Source: a virus. Taken from it: a stretch of 35,957 nt of DNA. Positions 16,381 through 22,807 of this stretch are shown piece by piece. The notes beneath the pieces are model-generated. The model searched no databases. It worked only from the letters and a program-made list of their open reading frames with translations, and had not been told where the DNA came from. Location of the stretch: positions 1-35,957 of the IMG/VR virus record IMGVR_UViG_3300023223_000133. The stretch is one strand, 5' to 3'. Numbering within the stretch: position 1 is the first letter of the stretch; each line of letters opens with the position of its first letter. Made by a program: the position numbers and the translations under genes.

Positions 16381-16439
16381 GAGTGCATTGTTCGCTGCTT
16401 AATATCCTATACGGTGCACTAAATATGGTTCGGTGCACT
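16381..16439. promoter_or_regulatory. Three GTGCAYT boxes around a possible second promoter
   Basis: The boxes are GAGTGCATT (16381-16389), CGGTGCACT (16412-16420) and CGGTGCACT (16431-16439). TTGAGT-15 nt-TAATAT (16379-16405) overlaps box 1. Confidence 0.4.
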
Positions 16440-16473
16440 CAACTATACAAATTAATAACAAGTGAGAGTTAAT

Positions 16474-16659
16474 ATGACTGACTTTGAGCAACAAGCTAAA
16501 CGAGCAGGGCAAATACATCTTAATGCAAAGATTGACGCACTAGCTGAAATGCTAATTGAAATTGAAGATGAAGATTACAGTACGGTTCACCAGGTAAAGG
16601 GCGCGATAAGAAGCCGCATTGAATTACTAACAAGTATTAAGGAAACTGAAGATGAATAA
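16474..16659 (+). CDS. Hypothetical protein (61 aa)
   Basis: ATG 16474 lies after GTGAGAG. The track start 16462 is a GTG. Confidence 0.5.
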   Translation: MTDFEQQAKRAGQIHLNAKIDALAEMLIEIEDEDYSTVHQVKGAIRSRIELLTSIKETEDE

Positions 16660-16798
16660 TTACCATGATCAATCAGAAAGTTGCCCGGCTGAATGCCCTG
16701 AGTGTTTTTCATCAATGACTGAAGAAGAAGAAAAAGGCTGCAAGTTTAATATTTGTGATAATGATAAATGTAAATATACAGTAGAGATAGGTGAGTAA
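16652..16798 (+). CDS. Small zinc-ribbon protein (48 aa), below the ORF-track cutoff
   Basis: MNNYHDQSESCPAECPECFSS...KGCKFNICDNDKCKYTVEIGE has CxxC-type pairs. It overlaps both neighbouring genes. Confidence 0.45.
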   Translation: MNNYHDQSESCPAECPECFSSMTEEEEKGCKFNICDNDKCKYTVEIGE

Positions 16799-16799
16799 T

Positions 16800-17810
16800 A
16801 TGAGTAATCAACTAGTAACAATTGAAAGTAATATAATGGGTGTTATCGAACAGGCCGGTAAACTGGCTAGTATTCATGATTCAATCGCAATAGACGCAGA
16901 GCAAAACTATGCCATACAGATTTTATATAAAAATAAAATGGCTATTGAGACAGCGCAAAAAAACCCGGTTAGCGTACAGAATGCGATATTAAACCTATCA
17001 AGCATCGGCATTAGTTTAAACCCTGCGCTTAAACACGCCTATTTAGTGCCTAGAGACGGGGCAATCTGTTTAGATATATCCTACATGGGGTTGATGCACT
17101 TAGCGCAAGAGATTGGCTCTATCGAATGGGGGCAAGCAAAGATAGTTTATGCAAATGACACCTATGAAAGCCAAGGCTTAAACATGCAGCCGATACATAA
17201 ATTTAACGCATTCTCTAAAGATAGGGGTGAAAAGGTTGGTGTATATTGTTCAGTAAAATTACCAAGCGGTGATTACTTAACAGAAGAAATGGATGCAGAA
17301 GAAATTGCAGGTGTTCGCAAGACCTCAAAAAGTCAACATTCAGCATATAGTCCTTGGAATACTTTTGAAAAAGAAATGTGGCGAAAGTCAGTAGTAAAGC
17401 GAGCGTCAAAATATTGGCCTAAGTCTAACGCTAACTCAACAGCTAATAGGCTTGATACTGCTATACATGTAATCAACGAGCATGAAGGTCTTGAAGGTGA
17501 AAGAGATATACAGCTTAAAAAGCTTATTGAGCTTTATGAAAGCAACTCTGAGCCACTAGTTTTATGGGGATATATGGAACAATTCAGAGGTGATGATCAA
17601 TTGTCTCAATGGATGTACTCAAATTTCCCTAAAGGACACAAGGGTAAGATTGCCGCATTGTTAAAACAAGGTCGAGAACAGTTTTTTGCCTATAAAGCAA
17701 TATTTGAAGATGGCGAAATAACAGCTATGGATGAGGCTAGGGCTGAACTGTCAGAAATGGAAATGAGAATAATCAATAAATCAATTAAAGAAAGAGCTGA
17801 ATTATGCTGA
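16800..17810 (+). CDS. recT: RecT-family single-strand annealing recombinase with a C-terminal extension
   Basis: NPALKHAYLVPRDGAICLDISYMGLMHLAQ ... KIVYANDTYE ... SPWNTFEKEMWRKSVVKRASKYWP are RecT hallmarks. ATG 16800 (the track start 16791 is a GTG). About 80 residues after the core are unassigned. Confidence 0.85.
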   Translation: MSNQLVTIESNIMGVIEQAGKLASIHDSIAIDAEQNYAIQILYKNKMAIETAQKNPVSVQNAILNLSSIGISLNPALKHAYLVPRDGAICLDISYMGLMHLAQEIGSIEWGQAKIVYANDTYESQGLNMQPIHKFNAFSKDRGEKVGVYCSVKLPSGDYLTEEMDAEEIAGVRKTSKSQHSAYSPWNTFEKEMWRKSVVKRASKYWPKSNANSTANRLDTAIHVINEHEGLEGERDIQLKKLIELYESNSEPLVLWGYMEQFRGDDQLSQWMYSNFPKGHKGKIAALLKQGREQFFAYKAIFEDGEITAMDEARAELSEMEMRIINKSIKERAELC

Positions 17811-18094
17811 CCGGTAACGCATTCCTAAACATGTTAAAAAAGCCAGAGCTTAAGATTGAATACGCTAAGCCGGTAGAGGAAAAAAGATTGGCAAAGCCGT
17901 TTAAGCGAACCATTGCCAGTGTATTAAATGCAGTTGAAAACAACCAAGGAGTAAACAGGAAAAAGATAATAGATATAACTGAGTATAGCGACCACTGTGT
18001 AGATAGGTGCCTTGATTGGCTGGTCCATACAGGAGAAATAACGCGGTCCTTTGTTAGAATGTCAGGACCATATAAAGTTTATAGTTATAAATAA
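17804..18094 (+). CDS. Hypothetical protein, possible winged-helix (96 aa)
   Basis: Overlaps the recT stop. KKIIDITEYSDHCVDRCLDWLVHTGEI resembles a wHTH recognition region. Weak call. Confidence 0.5.
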   Translation: MLTGNAFLNMLKKPELKIEYAKPVEEKRLAKPFKRTIASVLNAVENNQGVNRKKIIDITEYSDHCVDRCLDWLVHTGEITRSFVRMSGPYKVYSYK

Positions 18095-18142
18095 CAGTTA
18101 ACGCGGATCTTCACGGATGAGGCCGCAACCAATAAGAGGTGA

Positions 18143-18328
18143 GTGATGAATGATAAACCTTGCAATAAAATTAGCTTCAGCACAAGAAAGGAGGCAGCGA
18201 CTTATATTAAAATAATGAAAACAGGTAGGTTTAAATCAACAGTTAAAAAAACTAAACCGTACCTTTGTAAGTGTGAATCGTGGCACTTAACGTCATTCAA
18301 GGTACTGAAGCACCATAAATTAAAATAA
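18143..18328 (+). CDS. Small basic Cys-containing protein (61 aa)
   Basis: PYLCKCESWHLTS motif. AAGAGGTGAG RBS. Confidence 0.5.
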   Translation: MMNDKPCNKISFSTRKEAATYIKIMKTGRFKSTVKKTKPYLCKCESWHLTSFKVLKHHKLK

Positions 18329-18346
18329 ACAAATAAGGATATAACC

Positions 18347-18514
18347 ATGAAACTCATCAAGGCAACTAAATCACCATTAAGATGCAGAGGCTTTGATGGG
18401 GTGCATCATCCAATGTACACAGGCTTTGAATACACAAAGTTGCGGGGCCATAAGTTTTTATGTAAGTCGTGCCGTGATATTATAATTAATCAATCGAGTA
18501 AGAGGGTAAGATGA
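18347..18514 (+). CDS. Small Cys/His-rich protein (55 aa), below the ORF-track cutoff
   Basis: AAGGAT RBS. MKLIKATKSPLRCRGFDGVHHP...FLCKSCRDII. ATGA overlap with the next gene. Confidence 0.4.
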   Translation: MKLIKATKSPLRCRGFDGVHHPMYTGFEYTKLRGHKFLCKSCRDIIINQSSKRVR

Positions 18515-18723
18515 TTACAAGACATTATTTCGTATCAACAAAATGTAACACAGGTGATGGTAACGGAAGCTATTCTTATACGTACGCCACTGGAGATTAT
18601 AAATCATGGCTTCCTGACCCTGTAAAGGTTTTTAAATCAATGATTGAAAATGCAAAAGAGGGCTATGTTAAAAGAGGTCTGAATGCTGACAGTATAGAAA
18701 TACTCGCATTCAATCAAGTTTAA
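18511..18723 (+). CDS. Hypothetical protein (70 aa)
   Basis: AAGAGGGTAAG RBS. No family recognised. Confidence 0.5.
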   Translation: MITRHYFVSTKCNTGDGNGSYSYTYATGDYKSWLPDPVKVFKSMIENAKEGYVKRGLNADSIEILAFNQV

Positions 18724-18750
18724 TGCCACTAACAACTAAGGACGGTAAGC

Positions 18751-19110
18751 ATGAATAAATTATTATTAGCTTTATTGTTTACATCACTAGCTTCAGCGGC
18801 ACACTCTCAAATCCCGAGTAACTACGGGGGTGAGAAGCAACCATTTAAGGCTATGGTATTATCTAAGTTCACCACTGTGCAAATCACACTGGTAACACTT
18901 GGAGCAAGCCCGGTTAGTTATGATATTTATGTAGACGATAAGAAATCATTTACAACTGACCTTATCCCAAGCGGCACACGTATAAATCTAGCCGTCATGG
19001 TAGAAATGAATAAAAGGGAAACGCCAGAGGTACACAAGATTTGTAGTGTATCAACTGGCGGCAATGCTAAAACAAAGATGTGCACTACTGCGCGTCTATA
19101 TTGGATGTAG
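18751..19110 (+). CDS. Exported protein 1 (119 aa, Sec signal peptide)
   Basis: MNKLLLALLFTSLASAAHS/Q is a typical signal peptide with an AxA-like cleavage site and no lipobox Cys. Confidence 0.65.
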   Translation: MNKLLLALLFTSLASAAHSQIPSNYGGEKQPFKAMVLSKFTTVQITLVTLGASPVSYDIYVDDKKSFTTDLIPSGTRINLAVMVEMNKRETPEVHKICSVSTGGNAKTKMCTTARLYWM

Positions 19111-19120
19111 GAGGTGGTTT

Positions 19121-19483
19121 ATGATTAAGGTTATATTACTACTGCTGTTATCAATCGGTGCAGCACATGCTGACACTGTTAGGACTTCAGACGGTTCAAG
19201 TTGTTCTTTTGATTCTGATGACAGCGCATATGAAGTTAGCTTATACGCTAGGTCAAACAATAGAGACACCAGGCAAAACAACTTTCAGAATTTTCACAAT
19301 AACTACAACGACAACGGGGAGCAAATAGGCATAGAGTTTACGTACAAATTCGGTGGGCCAAAGCGGTTAAATTGCGATGCTTTGTACCAAATCGAGTTAA
19401 GAACTAAGACAGCTCAGTTAAGATTACTAGAACAAAAAATTAAAACGCTTGAAAAAGCCCAACTTATAAAATGGAATAAATAA
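19121..19483 (+). CDS. Exported protein 2 (120 aa, Sec signal peptide, C-terminal coiled coil)
   Basis: ATG 19121 lies 5 nt after GGAGGTGG, and the track extension to 19046 is rejected. MIKVILLLLLSIGAAHA/DT. The C-terminal region LRTKTAQLRLLEQKIKTLEKAQL is heptad-like. Confidence 0.65.
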   Translation: MIKVILLLLLSIGAAHADTVRTSDGSSCSFDSDDSAYEVSLYARSNNRDTRQNNFQNFHNNYNDNGEQIGIEFTYKFGGPKRLNCDALYQIELRTKTAQLRLLEQKIKTLEKAQLIKWNK

Positions 19484-19485
19484 AA

Positions 19486-20001
19486 ATGACTAAATTACTA
19501 TTAGCAGCAACTTTACTAGCAACTTCTTTAACAGCAACCGCAGCGGTAACGCCATTCACTGACAACAAGCAAGACGACATGCAGCTTAATATCGAAATCC
19601 TCGACGTATGTGGTGTGATTGTGGTGGATGATGTAGCGGAGTTATCCTTCAGCGATGATAGCAACAACAGCATGAAGTTTACCGTAATGCACAATAACTA
19701 TCATAATGTAAGCATCGCCTTTGATGTAACCATTCCAGGCATTGGGGTAACGCCTCGAGCTATTGCTGAGATTGACCAGATGGTAATGTTTAAGTTTGAT
19801 AACAATCACGGTAGCGCTGGTACTCCAACAGTATGGACGCCACTTTCAGATTTAGCTGGCGATTATGTAGTTGGTAATGGTCATAGACAATATGAACGCT
19901 CACCTGAGATTTTCTTCCAGTTTGATGATGCTGTAACTGAAGATATGATTAAAGCAGGAAACTACACTGTTGATGTTGAAGTAACTGTTAGTTGTGACTA
20001 A
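19486..20001 (+). CDS. Exported protein 3 (171 aa), resembles a pilin/SCPU-type fimbrial subunit
   Basis: Signal peptide MTKLLLAATLLATSLTATA/A. NIEILDVCGVIVVDDVAELSF and the C-terminal AGNYTVDVEVTVSCD resemble the conserved Cys strand and the G.Y...v.vtv C-terminal strand of spore-coat-U/Csu-type subunits (from memory). Confidence 0.55.
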   Translation: MTKLLLAATLLATSLTATAAVTPFTDNKQDDMQLNIEILDVCGVIVVDDVAELSFSDDSNNSMKFTVMHNNYHNVSIAFDVTIPGIGVTPRAIAEIDQMVMFKFDNNHGSAGTPTVWTPLSDLAGDYVVGNGHRQYERSPEIFFQFDDAVTEDMIKAGNYTVDVEVTVSCD

Positions 20002-20062
20002 TTGTAACTAGGCAGAATTAGCCGTCCGAATTATTGGGCGGCTATCCAATTAAAGGGATGCT

Positions 20063-20227
20063 ATGAAGATATTCACACACATATATAAAATTGAAATATT
20101 TAATAATGGTAAGTTTTGCTGGCGCAACCACGGATGGATTGAAAAGGGTATCAATGACTATCGCAAAGAAAAGGTGATAGACTTTGCATTTATAATAATT
20201 TTATCTGCTGCGTTTTTAATTAAGTAA
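20063..20227 (+). CDS. Small protein with a C-terminal TM segment (54 aa), below the ORF-track cutoff
   Basis: AAAGGGA RBS. ...VIDFAFIIILSAAFLIK. The stop overlaps ATG 20227 (TAATG). Confidence 0.35.
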   Translation: MKIFTHIYKIEIFNNGKFCWRNHGWIEKGINDYRKEKVIDFAFIIILSAAFLIK

Positions 20228-20301
20228 TGCGTAAACTAACAACGGTCAATGGTAAGTTGCCATTGATCATAACTAACTTAGATAAGTTAAGGGTAAAGAA
20301 A

Positions 20302-20733
20302 ATGGAATTAAAATTAATCACGTTTTCAACCAACCTATGCACAATGGGTAAGTGGTACGCTGATGGTGAATTAGTATGTAGCACCTTTGAATTGCCAGAC
20401 CGTAAAAATGCGCCAAACGTAAGTTGTATTCCTGCCGGTGAATATCCGCTTAAAATGATTGTTTCACCTAAGTACGGGCCGTGTTATAAAGTTCATAAAG
20501 TACCAGGTAGAACTAACATTTTAATTCACAAAGGAAACACTGTTGATGATACTCTTGGCTGTATAATGCCATGTGGTAGTTATGGTTTGTTAGATGTTAA
20601 GCGTAAAGGTAAAACCGATAAGGAAATATTTGTCGAGAAGCTCTTTGCAGGGTTATCGAGTCGAATTGCTTATATTAGGCTTATGGCTGTACTAGGCGGT
20701 GAAAATCACACATTAACAATAGAGAGGCATTAA
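20302..20733 (+). CDS. DUF5675-domain protein, candidate cell-wall enzyme of the lysis cassette
   Basis: MELKLITFSTNLCTMGKWYADGELVCSTFELPDRKN..SCIPAGEYPLK...VPGRTNILIHKGNTVDDTLGCI matches the DUF5675 signature (T.G.l...g...C.tlE...N.s.IP.G.Y...VpgR..IliH.GN...dT.GCI). The family normally starts at this Met, and the track start 20227 adds 25 unrelated residues. Confidence 0.7.
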   Translation: MELKLITFSTNLCTMGKWYADGELVCSTFELPDRKNAPNVSCIPAGEYPLKMIVSPKYGPCYKVHKVPGRTNILIHKGNTVDDTLGCIMPCGSYGLLDVKRKGKTDKEIFVEKLFAGLSSRIAYIRLMAVLGGENHTLTIERH

Positions 20734-20735
20734 TT

Positions 20736-20849
20736 ATGATTATTAACGCGATAAGCACAGTATGGGACACGGTAGGTTATACGGTGGTATTTATTATCGT
20801 TGCTAATCTATTATTTTTCGCAAAAGAATGGGTGAGGGGTAATTTATGA
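20736..20849 (+). CDS. Small single-TM peptide (37 aa), holin/antiholin-like, below the ORF-track cutoff
   Basis: MIINAISTVWDTVGYTVVFIIVANLLFFAKEWVRGNL. It starts 2 nt after the DUF5675 stop and has an ATGA overlap with the next gene. Confidence 0.45.
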   Translation: MIINAISTVWDTVGYTVVFIIVANLLFFAKEWVRGNL

Positions 20850-21247
20850 GTTGGTCTAAAATAGCAAGCTTCTTCACGGGCGGCGTTGTTAAGTCTATTG
20901 AAAATATTGCACTTGAATTCATCGACACAGACAAGGAAAGCGCAGAGGCTAAAGCTTTAATGGTAAGGACGTTAGACCCTAATGGTAAGATGAGGCGTGA
21001 TCAATCTAAAAACGTAGGAGGGATGTATAAATTCTATTTGATATCTACAGCCTTGATGATTCTTATTGAGCTTGTTTACTGTATGTACATGGGTGAAACC
21101 TTAACTAAAGATAATTATGTTTTAGTGGCACTAAGCAACGCTACGGATAAAATGACAGAATTATTCTTTCCAATAACGACTTTGTATGGCGTGATCCTTA
21201 CAGCTAGCTTTGGTGTTAACTATGCCAATACTAAGCAAAACAAATAA
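20846..21247 (+). CDS. Holin-like membrane protein (133 aa)
   Basis: A soluble N-terminus (TDKESAEAKALMV) is followed by hydrophobic segments YLISTALMILIELVYCMYM and LFFPITTLYGVILTASFGV. This is reminiscent of the GTA-type 3TM holin family (from memory). The position after the wall-enzyme candidate is consistent. Confidence 0.5.
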   Translation: MSWSKIASFFTGGVVKSIENIALEFIDTDKESAEAKALMVRTLDPNGKMRRDQSKNVGGMYKFYLISTALMILIELVYCMYMGETLTKDNYVLVALSNATDKMTELFFPITTLYGVILTASFGVNYANTKQNK

Positions 21248-21275
21248 ATCGTGATACAATAGGGTTTTAATTATT

Positions 21276-21845
21276 ATGGATATATTATGGTTTCAGCTAC
21301 TAAGCGCAAACGCACAAGATCTATTGCCACAACTAATGACAAGCCAACTACAGACATTAAGCCTGTTAAGCCAAAGCGCAGAAAGCCACGCAACAATAAA
21401 TAGCATAATTTTTATAGCGTATATATTCGTATCATTATTAATTAAAAGGTCATCAGCATTGGTGGCCTTTTTTGTTAGTTGGATGATATTCGAATTAAGC
21501 TTTTTCGAGCCATTGAGCGAGGCTAGCTTATACCTATTAACCTTCTCTATTTATTCTTACGTGATAACTTGTAATGCTCTGACATTAAAATCTAGATTAG
21601 CTTGTGGTATACTCGTAATCCTATCTATTACATTAGCTTACGATGCTTACTTTTATGGGATTGGCGGGGTATATGGAGAAGCTGAAACAGTTGTTTACAA
21701 CAATATCGAACACCTTGCTTTATGCGCTCATAGTCTCTTTATCGGTTCATTTATACCTTTCGCAAGAATACGAAACAATATACTCAGCTTTATTGATTCT
21801 ATTAGCCATGTCACGCGCAATAGTGCTTACATTGTCATTTGCTGA
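21276..21845 (+). CDS. Multi-pass membrane protein (up to 189 aa, start uncertain)
   Basis: Several hydrophobic segments lie after residue 45. The first 45 codons overlap an alternative-frame basic ORF (21287..21403), so the true start may be an internal TTG or GTG. Confidence 0.45.
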   Translation: MDILWFQLLSANAQDLLPQLMTSQLQTLSLLSQSAESHATINSIIFIAYIFVSLLIKRSSALVAFFVSWMIFELSFFEPLSEASLYLLTFSIYSYVITCNALTLKSRLACGILVILSITLAYDAYFYGIGGVYGEAETVVYNNIEHLALCAHSLFIGSFIPFARIRNNILSFIDSISHVTRNSAYIVIC

Positions 21846-21877
21846 TATAATAAGGGATAAGATACGGCAACCGATGA

Positions 21878-22222
21878 ATGATGATGAGCGAAGAAAGAAT
21901 ATCAAAGCTAGAAGGGGCAATGACTAAGCTAGCTGATGTTATGAGCGAATTTATCGCCGTTGAATCTGCTAGGAAGGAGAGAGAGAAGCACCAAGGCTCC
22001 TTAAATGAAAAGGTAATCACATTCATTGATAACTATAACGAGAATGACAAGCCAGTGGTAAACGTGGCAAGAGGCTATCAGAAATGGATGAGCTTTTTTG
22101 TCGGTAAAGTTATATTACCATCAGTTATCGTAGCTATATTATTAAGTGCCGGTTATCAATTCTTTGGCAAGGTAGCAACAAGCCAAGAAACATCAAAGAC
22201 GACTAGCAAGCTAGATAATTAA
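21878..22222 (+). CDS. Coiled-coil protein with a C-terminal TM segment (114 aa)
   Basis: FFVGKVILPSVIVAILLSAGYQFF lies near the C-terminus. It is the last gene before terS. The topology is not a canonical spanin topology. Confidence 0.5.
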   Translation: MMMSEERISKLEGAMTKLADVMSEFIAVESARKEREKHQGSLNEKVITFIDNYNENDKPVVNVARGYQKWMSFFVGKVILPSVIVAILLSAGYQFFGKVATSQETSKTTSKLDN

Positions 22223-22320
22223 TCAACAAAGCGTATTACATCAACCAATCGAATAACCATTTAAGGACTCGATATCATGTCAAAATTAAACAAGGTCTTT
22301 TTTATTTATCCTTTGTTATC

Positions 22321-22342
22321 AGATAAGGGCTAGATAAGGGCT
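22321..22342. repeat. Perfect tandem duplication (AGATAAGGGCT)x2 abutting the terS ATG
   Basis: Read directly. It is preceded by the small palindrome TTATCaGATAA (22315-22325). Confidence 0.9.
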
Positions 22343-22807
22343 ATGGCTAAATCAACAACAACACTTAAGAAAGGTGACAACCTACCGGCAAGGGGTAGAT
22401 CCAATAGGACATTAATACTTGAGGTTCTTAGGGAGAAAGGCCATCTAAGCCTTACCAAGAAATCAACAAAGGAGGATGCTGAAAAAGCATTTTTTGATAA
22501 TGTTGCCACTACTGCGTTTAACCTTGAAGATCAAAACAGAAGCATGTGCTTAAAGTTACTCGCCGATAAAGGCTGGGCTAGTGTTAAGCCATCTAGCGAG
22601 ATGATAAACTTCGACTTTGATATTGATGCACCACCTCACATACAGGCGGCACAGGTAATGAAAGCAGCCGCAGAGGGTAGAGTCCCGCCCGATATAGCAA
22701 ACACATTTGTACAGTCAATTAAAGCAATGATTGATATTGAAGAATTTACCAATTTAAAAAAACGCCTTGAAGATATTGAAAAGTCATTAGGCTTAAACCT
22801 TGAGTAG
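22343..22807 (+). CDS. terS: Terminase small subunit (positional call)
   Basis: 154-aa protein immediately upstream of, and overlapping, terL. It has a basic N-terminus with a possible HTH (RTLILEVLREKGHLSL). Confidence 0.55.
   Translation: MAKSTTTLKKGDNLPARGRSNRTLILEVLREKGHLSLTKKSTKEDAEKAFFDNVATTAFNLEDQNRSMCLKLLADKGWASVKPSSEMINFDFDIDAPPHIQAAQVMKAAAEGRVPPDIANTFVQSIKAMIDIEEFTNLKKRLEDIEKSLGLNLE

Noticed and set aside
14051-19694. Short opposite-strand ORFs 14051..14233, 15796..15978, 17215..17409, 19096..19281 and 19464..19694; also 23174..23410 and 25074..25304 in terL and the portal gene
   Set aside because: All are embedded antisense in better-supported genes.
20017-20045. Hairpin tagccg(t)cc-gaattattg-ggcggcta after the exported-protein trio
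   Set aside because: The stem is real but bulged, and no T-run follows it. It is not convincing as an intrinsic terminator and may simply be a stabilising 3' structure.
21643-22026. Plus ORF 21643..21927 and minus ORF 21835..22026
   Set aside because: They are alternative-frame or antisense overlaps of the membrane-protein gene and the 114-aa gene. There is no independent start signal.
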